From the NCBI RefSeq assembly GCF_001186125.1, contig NW_014039898.1, forward strand, positions 4,483 through 52,222: a DNA stretch of 47,740 nucleotides. The letters run 5' to 3'. Under the pieces are notes generated by a model. It worked only from the letters and a program-made list of their open reading frames with translations. It was not told where the DNA came from and ran no database searches. This stretch comes from Sphaeroforma arctica JP610. Lineage: Eukaryota. This document shows, one piece after another, positions 12,270 to 23,469 of this stretch (within the stretch, counting starts at the first letter, position 1; each line of letters starts with the position of its first letter). The translations under genes and the position numbers were made by a program.

Positions 12270-13050
12270 TCAGTCCAACTTAATGTCGGGTCTGACGTTA
12301 CACAATTTAGTGTGGTAGCCATTGGTCTTCTCACAATTATCGCATTTTGTAAGATAGTATTTACAAGATTGGGCATGCTTTCCGTTCCAGTAACCGTTAG
12401 GTGTTAACTGGTACATGTTATAACCACATTTCTCATCAGCACATTTCTTAACTTGCTTGTATGCAGGTCCCTTGTGCTCCGCACGCACCCTATTAATAGG
12501 GCGTGTAAATTGAGTAGATTCACGTGGACGCGTATGTTGGGGTCTCTCGTTTGAGGTCTGCCTGGATACGTACCCTTGATCAGTCTGCTCCCGCGGTTTC
12601 TTAACAACCGCATTCTCCTGCGAGGTCATTCGCTTCTTAAGAGCGGCTAACTGATTCTTAAGTTCAGTGTTCTCATCGATCAACTTACTTATGTGCGATG
12701 GCTGGTTTGATTCTGATTCGGATCGGCTCTCTGAGCTTTCCTTCTCATCCTTTCCCTTAAGCGGGTTGTCACCTCTCTCCGTAATTGGAGTTAGATCCTT
12801 CTGAGTGTTCTCATCAGGTTTAGTAGGGATCGTCTTAACCGATCCTTTTGCGTGGCTTCTTGGCTTCGTAAACGTAAGCTTCGAAGCAGACGCAATAGTT
12901 GGCCCGCGGGCTTTTACTTCAGGGGACTTCTCTCTTAATGGAGTGTCTTCACCCTTATCTGCTGTATTGTCCTGGGTTTTAATACCAGGAGCGGAATTGA
13001 TTGTCTTCTTCTGCGGTCGCGTTAAATGCGGCTGCAGTAGCGACGTCTCT
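12270..13050 (-). pseudogene. Gypsy-A gag remnant (internally deleted) with two atypical zinc knuckles
   Basis: CADEKC..HAQSC and CDNCEKTNGYHTKLC are homologous to Gypsy-B gag. The region is much shorter than the Gypsy-B gag. Confidence 0.7.
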
Positions 13051-13234
13051 CTCCATCCTCTTCTTTTCAGCTCTACACTTCTTAGAAGGAGTATTGTCTT
13101 TCTTGGTCATAATCTTAACTTATGACTGTTAGCTGATCTCTTAAGGACTCGCTTGGACACGAAAAATTTTATGGCAGTTATCTACCTTTACGTTTAAGTA
13201 GTCTAAGTAATTAATTCCTTTGCTAACTTTAAAA

Positions 13235-13970
13235 TGTGCAAGATTCGGCCTATTAAGGCAATATTAACGCCTTAGAGTAAATAAACGCGTAGGTAAATTC
13301 TAAGTATCGTGAAAATATCAAAGAAAATAAACGAAATGAGACTTTTAGTAAAGTTAGGTATGCCTCGTGAAAACAGCAATACTATGAGGTTGTGAGGCTG
13401 AGACATTGCCCCTATATAATCCTCTCAGTACTGTTTCCGCCGAAGGGATTTTATTTAGTGTTTCGTTGTCGCTCTATTAGAAACTATGGTATGTTTCATT
13501 AGGGCGAATCTGAGAGACTCATAAAATCCTATCTTTAGAAGAAGAAAAAGAAGAAGAAAAATACCTTTGATGTCCTTAGTTATTGTCTTAACCAATAACT
13601 TGCAACTTATCATGAATTATCGACTTAGCCTTCATCAAACTGGCATATCTGGTTGGCTGATCGGAGCATCAACTAGGTAACGTTAATTGTCCCTAGAAAC
13701 CTATATTCGGTTAAGCCATCTCGCTACCGAAATATTCAGATATAAATAAAGTTGGAAAGTAAATATAGTTCTATTAATAGAACTAGACCAACTCTTATGT
13801 TTGGTATTTTACTGAGGCCTTTTAATGGCCTCATCTAAATATCTGATATGTAAAATGGAAAAGGTATTTATTAATAAAACCATTAAACCCCATTTAAGAA
13901 ACTTAAGTTCCTCGTACTATTAAGAGTACGTTTATAACATAGAGTCTAATCTGGAGGCCCGGCTACTACA
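13235..13970 (-). repeat. 5' LTR of Gypsy-A
   Basis: TG...CA termini (TGTGCAAG...CTACTACA on +), homologous to 9595-10406, upstream of gag on the minus strand. Confidence 0.9.
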
Positions 13971-14704
13971 ACGCGTAGTACTACGACTACCACCAGTAGG
14001 TTGACTATGTCTCTTGGACAGCAGAAGTGGTAGCACTGTGCGCGGTAGTATAAGTAGTAGCAGCAGTAGTAGGGGCATCGGGTGATGATGTTGGCGATTG
14101 TGAGGGTGAGCCGGATATTGGTGTCTCTTGGTTTAATATAGGACGCTCCACTATACCTCCGGTAACAACCGCGAAGCTCTCAACCGTATTATAGTGTATG
14201 GTGTAAGTTGGTGACAACAAACCATCGTTCGCATCCTGGTATGATTGCTCCTCACACCGGGACTTTTAAAACCACGGCGTTGCGGTTCGAACATTGTTTG
14301 TTCTTAAACGACCGAATTTGTACGGTCGTTCACGACTACCGTCTCCTCCAGGAGATATGTGGAAGTCCTCTTTGTGGAAATGAATACAGCATGCATGGGG
14401 ATTTTGGACGCTCCTGAGATATGGCCCTATTCCATGAGTCTCTATGTGGCGCAGTATAAACTGCACCAGTCTGTTTCTGAAGAACTCGCCATGCTTCATG
14501 TACACAGCGTCGGATACAACAAAGCATTGACACACTCTACAGGTGTCCGGCAAATTGTATTTTGGGATGTTTTTAAAAAAGCTACAGTAATTTTATAAAC
14601 AAAAGTCAGAGTGATTGGAATTGTCAAACGTGTCCTATGTATATATATACTGTGAATTATTATACAAAATAGTAGTAGTAGTACCAGGTGTAATAGAAGC
14701 GTTG

Positions 14705-14945
14705 GGAGTAGCGCTAGTTTGACACCACAATATCGTTGGGTGTGGTAGGAGTAGTAGTATAATACATAGCTGGCCTTCTACAGAAGGTGGTAGGAGTAGC
14801 GCTAGTTTGACACTACAATGTCATTGGGTATGGTAGGAGTAGTAGTATAATACATAGCTGGCCTTCTACAGAAGGTGGTAGGAGTAGCGCTAGTTTGACA
14901 CCACAATATCGTTGGGCGTGGTAGGAGTAGTAGTATAATACATAG
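14705..14945. repeat. 88-bp tandem repeat (about 2.7 copies) running into an assembly gap
   Basis: GGAGTAGCGCTAGTTTGACA recurs at 14705, 14793 and 14881. Confidence 0.9.
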
Positions 14946-15172
14946 NNNNNNNNNNNNNNNNNNNNNNNNNNNNNNNNNNNNNNNNNNNNNNNNNNNNNNN
15001 NNNNNNNNNNNNNNNNNNNNNNNNNNNNNNNNNNNNNNNNNNNNNNNNNNNNNNNNNNNNNNNNNNNNNNNNNNNNNNNNNNNNNNNNNNNNNNNNNNNN
15101 NNNNNNNNNNNNNNNNNNNNNNNNNNNNNNNNNNNNNNNNNNNNNNNNNNNNNNNNNNNNNNNNNNNNNNNN
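14946..15172. other. Assembly gap (N run)
   Basis: Ns in sequence. Confidence 1.
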
Positions 15173-15341
15173 TATATATATTCTAAAGCGTAATTTTATT
15201 GGGACCTGTAGCAGGTATAATAGAACAGAGAATGTAATCAAGAATTTACCTTCATGGGGCCCAGGATTGTCGGAGGACTGTGTCTCATCTGGTCTTTGTC
15301 CTATTATATTTGATATAGGTCCCGGTGGGGACGACGTGTTT

Positions 15342-15530
15342 GTAGTAGTAGAAGAAGAACTCGAGGTAGCCGTAGAAGCAGTAGTAGAACTCGGGGTAGC
15401 CGTAGAAGCAGTAGTAGAATTCGGGGTAGCCGTAGAAGCAGTAGTAGAACTCGGGGTAGCCGTAGAAGTAGTAGTAGAACTCGGGGTAGCCGTAGAAGTA
15501 GTAGTAGAACTCGGGGTAGCCGTAGAAGTA
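15342..15530 (-). repeat. 30-bp coding tandem repeat (STATPSSTT[T/A]), about 6 copies
   Basis: GTAGTAGAACTCGGGGTAGCCGTAGAAG[C/T]A units. Confidence 0.9.
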
Positions 15531-16235
15531 GGTTTAGGCAACATGCCTTCCAATTTGATCTCATTAACACGTAGAAGTTCTGTCAGCTCGGTCTTGTCCG
15601 CTAATGGTCCATAAAATATGTTTTCTGAGTCCAGTCTACGTTTTAAATCTCCTATCGTCAGCTTTTTATACTGATTCTGCAATTTGGGCTTACCCCCAAA
15701 GAAGCCCTTGATTTTAGGACTGGTGATAATCATACGTTGATATCAATCGTATGTGATTACGTTTTGTCTTAAAATCTGCAGTGCTGCTCCTGAACTAACA
15801 CGCTTGCTAGTGTCGTCTACTCCCTGTACATAAAGTTGTACCAAACCTTTTCGTACCACGGCTGCAAAAGTTGCTTTCGGTTTTTGAAGGGGTTTCCTGG
15901 CCCATCGAGGTTGGACTATATTCAGCATCGTTTCGGGCTGTAATGGCTTCGTTTCTGATGAGACCTCATACAGTGTCGCCACCCCTTGTTGAAACCTATC
16001 CAGTGCGGAACTAATAGCATTAGCCTTTTCACCCACAATCTCCTTGTCTTTTATTACCGCTCCCTTACTTGATACAATCGGCTTCCACACTGCAGGTACT
16101 GGACTTTGATGGTGGTGTAATGACATTTTCCCTAAATCCGTGCGCGGTTGAAGACCTTCTGGCAAAGCCAATTCTTCAATCAATTCTGCCGGCGACTGGT
16201 GTTGAACGAGGTAGGAAATATATGATATGAGCGTT

Positions 16236-16378
16236 ACTTGTACTACTACTTGTATTTTTACTTCTAAAACTACTTGCACTTTTACTTCTACTACTACTTG
16301 CACTTTTGCTTCTACTACTACTTGCACTTTTGCTTCTACTACTACTTGCACTTTTGCTTCTACTACTACTTGCACTTT
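16236..16378. repeat. 24-bp tandem repeat, about 6 copies, possibly inside an intron
   Basis: TACTACTTGCACTTTTGCTTCTAC units. On the minus strand it is bracketed by GTATAT and a pyrimidine-rich CACCAG. Confidence 0.85.
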
Positions 16379-18504
16379 ATATACCCCGCTTTGTTCCGAT
16401 AGTTGTACATGTCGGAATCCATCCCATTCAATGTCATGAACGCGTGTCTTTCGCATAGCACTCTCGATCTGATATTTGTAGCTGTGATGTTCCGATAACG
16501 TGGTTCCAAAGTGAACAACCGGTTGTTCCACAAGTTTCCCCGGTATTCATTTTTCCCTATACAGTACAGTTTCTTGTTCTATCTCATGTTCCGACTTATA
16601 AACTTCAGACATAGATTTCTTAGCTTTTACCGTTACAAACCTTAAGGCCGAGGTAGTATCGTCAGAGCTCGGATCTTCGTGACCGCAGATCGCATGAATA
16701 GGACGAGCACAGCCTTTGCAGGTATGTTTTCCACCTTCGGGAACTACTAATGAATCACCAGGCTTTTCCCATTGTACCTGCTGCACAGTCTTCTCATCGC
16801 CAGTGCTAGAAGTATCTCCAGTGGCAGTATCTCCAGTGGCAGTATCTCCAATGGTAGTATCTTTAGTAGTTTGGACAACATAATTCACGATGGAATTGTC
16901 TCGCGGTCTAATAGCCACAGAGATATCAGTTATCCCTTCTTGGTCACATACTGCCCTGTATATATCTACAGGCGTACATATACTACCACCTTTGTTTGAT
17001 TTTACATCGTGGCCTTCTACAAATCGTTGTAGCACGATATTCACATACTCGAAATGTGTGTCAAGCGCTGTTTTCCCCGCTTGTGCCTCTGTAAAAATCC
17101 ATCGCGTTATCTTGAGCTTACCATCAGGTGATTGCATCTGAGGTGTAGTGGTGTAATGTAGGGAGTTGGAAAATGTGGATGTATTGTCTGACTGCATCAC
17201 TATACTGGTAATATTGGGCATCGTCTTCCGCACGTGGTAAAGTAGTGCTTCAATAGCGAGCACGACAGACGGTGCATCTTGTCCTCCGTTGTCGTCCGGT
17301 ATATAATAATAAAACAATGTCTGTAAGTGCTTGGTCGGTTCTTCGTCCCCAGATTGTACCTTGTATTCACCCCGCACGAGCATAAACCCTAGAAGAGACA
17401 TCCCTGATTTGCCAAAGTACTCACTTTGCCCTTCATTCTTTTTCATAGGAAGAATCTGCGAGTATGAATGGGATGGGTAGTATCAGAATTCACGACCGAT
17501 AAGGTGTGGGAGTGGAAGTAGTAAAACAGGTGTGAGGCTAGAAGTAGGATTGGAAGGTAAATATAAATACATTCCTTTTGTTTGTGATGTGTCAGGGTTG
17601 TCGGCTAGTCCAACTTCCAGTTTATCAATCGACCGTTGTTGTATCTCGGCCCGCATTTTGTGGCTCGCATTGTGTCTCGCAAAAGTAATAAATTCGATCT
17701 TCAACTGCTTACAGGCTTCCATCATACTTACAAATTCTTTAGGGTCGAAGTATTTTTCGAAGTTGTCCTTCAGTAATCCAGCGATTTTGCTGGGATAATC
17801 GTAGTACAATTCGCAAGCTATGCAAGATTTTGTGTGTTGATGTCCCCGTCCTGTGCACTCTCCGAATAATTGTTATGCCATGCAATGATGTATGCATTCG
17901 CTCTCTACTTCCTGGTGGTTTGCGAGTGTATATTTAACATGTTCCGCACTGCTATCCAATCCCAATCTCAGAATTTTGAGATCGGTCTTCAACTTCTTAA
18001 TCTTCTCGACGTTCTTCTCCTCACTATTAAGCATTTCGTGTACACATTCTACTACTGTACAAAATCCTGTGTAGTAGTAGGACAAGCCAGCGAGGCACGG
18101 TGATCTTCTCGTCAGCATATTTAACAGAAGATTAAAGGTATCTCTACCTATTTGGATGTCGCTCTTGATAGCACATTTATAGTGTTCATACAGACGGCAC
18201 AGACTATCCCCTCCTCTTAAGAACACAGATATATCTCTGAACAGATGTCCTCCCATTTTCATGTTCCGTAGTTGTCCGGGTCGGTGTTCTAGGTTAAAAT
18301 GTACCCAATACATGGCACCCATTAGTTTGTCCTGGGGAACCCTATATGAATACTTCTGCTGCGGCCTGTCCTTACCCCGTAAAGTGTATTTTTGGAAATC
18401 AGCTCGCAATCTCCGCCATTTGATAGGTCCAAGTTTCACCTTGTATTTGCGTTTCAAATCTAGACGCCTATCCTAATCATCAAACTCTTCTGCACCTCCC
18501 TCGT

Positions 18505-18715
18505 CATCGTTACCACTTCGACCCTTTGCGCCATCAGTAGAAGTTCTACTATTACCACTTCGACCATTTGCGCCGTCAGTAAAAGTTCTACTACTATCAC
18601 TTCGACTATTTGCGCCATCAGTAAAAGTTCTACTACTACCACTTCGACCATTAGCGCCATCAGTAAAAGTTCTACTACTATCACTTCGACCATTTGTGCC
18701 ATCAGTAGAAGTTGT
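18505..18715 (-). repeat. 42-bp coding tandem repeat (TFTDGANGRSGSSR), 5 copies
   Basis: Visible in ORF 18473-18787. Confidence 0.9.
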
Positions 18716-19491
18716 AGAAAAACGTCTCTTCCTCGAGTTTGTCGTATGTGTCGGGTCCATATGTAATAGACTCGACTCTGGGCACAAGAACTAATTCCGC
18801 TATCTTCAACCATTTGTGGTATTTCAACGTGTACTCGTACTGGTGTAGGAGCTATAAAATCCGCCCAACTTAGACTGCTACTCCTACTACTACTACTATC
18901 ACAACTATTTGATGGTAATTCAACGTGTACTCGTTTTGATCGTTGATTGTGCTTTCGCGTCTTGTTCTTGGTATTTCTATTCTGTGGCTTTGGAGTCTTA
19001 GTAAGTATCCCAGCGGTTTTTCGACTCTCCTTGTCCTTGTCCAGTGTCCGCTTCTCGTCCCTATTTATATCATCGCGCTTGGTTTCTACCATCTCCTTCG
19101 CCTCTTCCTGTTTTGTACAAGCAAAAATACTGCCAACCACATCTTTTTTATTCCTACCACCGACCACCATGACCTTCAGTGCTGCTTCTAAAAATAGCCT
19201 AGCCACATCATCCTTCCTATTCTGCTTCGTCATTTTCACTGCCTTCTGATCAATCACTTCACGCACACGATAAGGACTAGCATGGTTTATCGTATAGCAA
19301 AAACAATCTTTGACTGCGTTGTACTTTTGCACCACAAGTTTCTTGTGCGGTGTGTCTATGGCACCCTCTAAATGAGTTACTTTGCTGAATCTTGTAAGTG
19401 AAATATCAAGATTAGTCAGCATGTTCTTTACTCGCATATCTAAACATCGATTGTCATTTTTCGATAGATCTACCGGCTTTTCGCGTACACG

Positions 19492-19544
19492 TAGGGTTTT
19501 AGGGTTTAGGGTTTAGAACCCTAAACCCTAAACCCTAAAACCCT
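19492..19544. repeat. Head-to-head telomere-like repeat (TTTAGGG)n-(CCCTAAA)n
   Basis: Perfect 24-bp inverted arms 19493-19516 and 19521-19544 around a 4-nt AACC spacer. Confidence 0.9.
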
Positions 19545-19934
19545 TGCTCGTCTCCTAAACTTAAGTTTGGGCTCAGGGGTTTTTGCTTGTACTTCATCAA
19601 CTTCGTCAACTACAACATCTACTTCGTCTACTACAACATCTACTTCGTCTACTACAACATCTACTTCGTCCGGCGATTGCTGTCCCACTTCATCTACTAC
19701 CACTTCACGCGTAGGGTTGGCCTGCATTTCATCGTCAACTACTTTTTTTTAGATCACTGATCAGTTGCCGTGATTCATCGATAACTTCAACAATGTCCGC
19801 CAATGTAGGCGATGATAGGTAATTATCAGTCATTGTTTTGTATTTTATTCACTGTATATGTATACATTCGCTCGTCTAAGCAAGGTGTTCATTTATAATC
19901 AAAACAAGAATGAGATGTAAATTTTGTACATTAT

Positions 19935-20198
19935 TTACTACTACTACTTCTGGATTTGACTTCTACTACTTTTGCAATATGAATTCTACTACTACTTCTG
20001 CAATATGAATTCTACTACTACTTCTGCAATATGAATTCTACTACTACTTCTGCAATGTGAATTCTACTACTACTACTGCAATATGACTTCTACTACTACT
20101 GCAATATGACTTCTACTACTACTGCAATATGACTTCTACTACTACTGCAATATGACTTCTACTACTACTGCAATATGACTTCTACTACTACTTCTGCA
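19935..20198. repeat. 22/25-bp tandem repeat upstream of transposase A
   Basis: TGCAATATGA(A/C)TTCTACTACTAC(TTC), about 10 copies. Confidence 0.9.
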
Positions 20199-20865
20199 AA
20201 TATTTATATACTATTATTTTATATAAGTATCATTTGACACCTGTCGTCAGCCATCGATTTTTTTTTTGAAAAACAAGCCAGAAATGTAAAAATAGAATAA
20301 ATATTGATCTATGAAAATCAGTTAATGAAGTAGATATCAAAGCTCATTTATAACATTGTACTAATGAAAAGGCTAGTTAAAATAATAAATATTCTAAAAA
20401 TATCACGTATATTTTGTTATTCAATTAGACTGTGACAAAATTAAACATATTTATTTCTAAACCGATTTTTCTAGAATTTGTGTTTTTAACTACAATGAGC
20501 TAGCAATATTATTGGTTGTTAAATTTCCTTCGGATAGACATTAAATCGATATTCATTGGTCTAGATTTTGTTGAAAATCGCACAAATTATTCAAATTATT
20601 CATTGGTACCAAGTTCTGGTACAAATGTTTTGCCGGACCTTTTTGTTCAAAAACAGGTCGGTATTTCGCGGCGCGGGCTCTTAAAGAGCCCCTTTCATGA
20701 AAATCCTACTCCCAATCTCACTTTAGAGAATTACAGACTTAATGCGGCATCTCATTGGACACCGTCATTAATAGTATCAATCGAAAGAGGGGACTAATAC
20801 AAGCACGTCGGTACCTTTAAGTAGGTATAAAGATGACTGTAGCCGTGTCAGTGGGCGGTTGCAGT

Positions 20866-21172
20866 TGTTGGCATCGGCATGGGCGATTCTGGAGTAAACT
20901 GATAATGTTGGCATCAAATTGGTTTCATGTTGGCTGCGTATTGGAATATTTTGAAAATTGATTTTTCTGTCATCACTTTTGGTAGCAAATTGGTGTCATA
21001 TTGGCATCATATTGGCGTCACGTTGGCATCACATTAGCGAGAATGAATAGTCTATATAGGGATATTTTGAAATTTTATTTTTCTGTCATCACATTTGGCA
21101 TCATATAGGCATCATATTGGCATACATTGGTATCACAATGGCATCAGCTTGGTCTTGTTTTGGCATCATATT
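20866..21172. repeat. Array of short TTGGCATCA-like units
   Basis: More than 10 imperfect ttggcatca(ta) units, plus a duplicated attttgaaa..tttttctgtcatcac block. Confidence 0.7.
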
Positions 21173-21187
21173 GGTTCAAGAATGAAT

Positions 21188-21574
21188 TGTGGACAAAGTA
21201 CCCTAGGCGGATATTTAGGACCGGACGTGAGGACCGGATCAGGGGGAGGAATTTAGGACCGGACCAGAGGACCGGACCTAGGGGATTATTTGAGGTCCAG
21301 ACCAGAGGACCGGATCTAGGGGACTATTGGAGGACCGGACCAGAGGTCCGGACCGATTAGTGGAATAGAGAATTTAATGAGATAAAAGTGATGACTCATA
21401 CGAAACCATAGAGACGGGTATTTTCACATAACCCGATGGTAGAGAAAGTCTCGTTCCACATAGGATCGTGATTAATAAATATACCAGGCGCGCCATTCCC
21501 AATGGCACTTCTGACTGAGTTCACTTATTTCAGACTTAACACTCTTTACTAAGTGTTACTTGGTTTTGACCACA
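21188..21574 (+). repeat. 5' LTR of the non-coding LTR element
   Basis: Contains an array of GGACCGGA motifs and ATAAATATA. About a dozen substitutions relative to 29685-30071. Confidence 0.85.
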
Positions 21575-23469
21575 TTTTTAAGTGACCGAACTACTGTATT
21601 TATTACATTACGTTCCTCACGGGTTAAGCTAACTAAAATTAATTAGGTATGTAATTTTTGTTACACAATGAGTGAAGTCACTATGTGAACAAGAAAACCT
21701 GTGTTCGATTGTTGAAACGATTGCTTGGAATTCATCTGCAGTCGCCATTGCATACTGATGAGGTGGCGACATAATTATCCTCTGATTTATTACCGGATGA
21801 AATACCAAAGCAGAGGTCTACACTATGCTAGGCCATTTATTACGTCAGTTACAGGCCTTCCCCACTTTGGAATGATGTCAGTCAGTTACAGACCTTCCAA
21901 TCATTCGAAAGAGGAGTAAGGATACTCTCAGTCCTGCTTACACAATGTGCTAGCATATACGGCATGCAATCATCTGAGTGACAGTGGTTAATTATGCTGC
22001 AAGTGGCACGGCTGGTAGCATGGTTTACTATATATAATTCGATATCTATCGAAGATGCGGCACATACGTTTATGACTGCTTGGTAAATTGCTTGACTGGT
22101 GTCATAGACAATTGATGATGATTTGTTCGCGAACACAGCCTTGACAATACTAACAATCGGCTAGTCATTTATGCTGTGGATGGACCTGCTATGTATATTT
22201 CGCGGGGATGTACGATATATATTATGCATATTTTATATTTACAAAATAAGGCACACAAACATAGTACGAATGTTTCCAAAAATATATTCTAGTAGGGTGC
22301 AGCAATCTTTACAGAAAATGTCAAACACTCGCAAAAGGGTGATTTGTGAGTACCGGTGCATGACTGGGTAGAGAGGCCACGGTCGATCAACTGTGGTATA
22401 CTATGACCAGGAGACAAGTGGTAGGACAAGGTGTACGTACCGCACTGGGTGACGTTGTTGCACGTATATGTGTGGAAACAAGTTACTTAGAGTAGACACA
22501 ATCGACAAGGTCTATCACACATGACGGGGAAATGATATTGGGCAGATAATAAGTCTGCTATGGACCCCCGAGTATTCACTAACAAGTATATTTTACCCCG
22601 AGCGAATTTTACGCAAACAGAGCTCTTTACATGGTGCTGACGTCAATACAAGCGTATAACTTCATTTTAGGTGTCAGAGAGGAGACACACACGATAAGAT
22701 ATCCAGGAGCTATCGCTAGTGTTCTTATGCTGAGAAAACACTATGGGATTGTGTGTATTGTAATGCATAACTTGGTGCTGGAGACATCATTCAGTTACAA
22801 TCGACAATTTTGCTGTGCGCTGACGAGTATAACGCAAACAATTATGAGGCAGTGTGAAGGTGACCAGGACGTTTTTATAAGGTGATACACTTAAAGTTGG
22901 ACGACAACGTGATGTGGCTCGTCGATGGGTCGACAATCGACTGCCGAGCGGTGGCGTTCCCGTGGGAGGACTTGCTATGGCTCGATGAAGAATCGCTGTT
23001 CTGCTAAGGGATCTTGGTGCTGCCGCGGGAGAATCTGCTGTGGCCGGAAGAAGGATTGATACTGGGATACTACGCTGGAGAGTTACCGCTAGAGGAGTTG
23101 TCGAGACTGGCAGCGGATTACAACGGCGAGATGGTGTTGCGCATCGCCGAGGATAGGCCGGGTGACAATCAAACATGGAAATGAATGCTACTGTTGGTGA
23201 CACAAGCGAGCTACCAGTTGATTACGTCTTCAGGAATACACAGGGTACAGTCGATTACAAGGCAAGATAATTTAAGGTAAGAGCTGCCTTGGTCAGTTGT
23301 ATGGATGACCAAGGCGGCGATATTGCGCAAGCGCGTGTTTATGTTCACATACAAGCGTATTATGTATTAGTGCATGTAAATATAACTGACAGCACAGAAG
23401 CTGCGGGTGTGAATTACAGGTATGTGCGTGTCTAGAACAGGCAATTAGATAAACTGTATAGTATCAAGT

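Larger units (their letters stand above)
9207..13970 (-). mobile_element. Ty3/Gypsy LTR retrotransposon A (decayed, 3'-truncated and rearranged) carrying an N6-adenine MTase remnant
   Basis: 5' LTR 13235-13970, gag with Cys/His knuckles, protease LIDPGS, RT (DLTQGYHQ, YIDD), RNase H (TDASD, NYSTVKQELLAIV), MTase remnant 9324-9589 and an inverted chromodomain-like piece 9207-9323. No integrase core or true 3' LTR found. Confidence 0.9.
14005..19833 (-). pseudogene. Sola3-like DDD transposase A (frameshifted, intron-containing) with SAP/HeH-like motif and Cys-rich segments
   Basis: Motifs HKQK|ILPMKKNEGQSEYFGKSGMSLLG, QDAPSVV, MQSDNTSTFS and WIFTEAQAGKTALDTHF. C-terminal YKKLTIGDLKRRL..DKTELTELL. 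Intron 17456-17574 has a mutated GA donor. The motifs match copy B. The Sola3 assignment is from remembered motifs. Confidence 0.7.
7796..20680 (-). mobile_element. Sola3-like DNA transposon copy A (putative full extent, with nested Gypsy-A)
   Basis: The right end ...GGTCGGTATTTCGCGGCGCGGGCTC is followed by TTAA (20681-20684). A diverged inverted counterpart GAGCCCGCACTGTGAACAACCGACC..GTCCGGCAAAA starts at 7796. GAG termini with TTAA targets fit Sola3 as I recall it. No TTAA precedes the left end, so the pairing is tentative. Confidence 0.5.

Noticed and set aside
9595..13970. Complete two-LTR element lacking integrase
   Set aside because: The left LTR has its own TAACT TSD and interrupts a reading frame, so it is a nested solo LTR.
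15267..16439. Plus-strand low-complexity ORFs (VAVEAVVELG, TTTCTFAS)
   Set aside because: Antisense readings of tandem repeats.
22893..23200. Alternative genetic code (TAA/TAG read as Gln)
   Set aside because: These stops occur only in decayed sequence. The spliced kinase exons and the 521-aa ORF have no in-frame TAA/TAG and use CAA/CAG.
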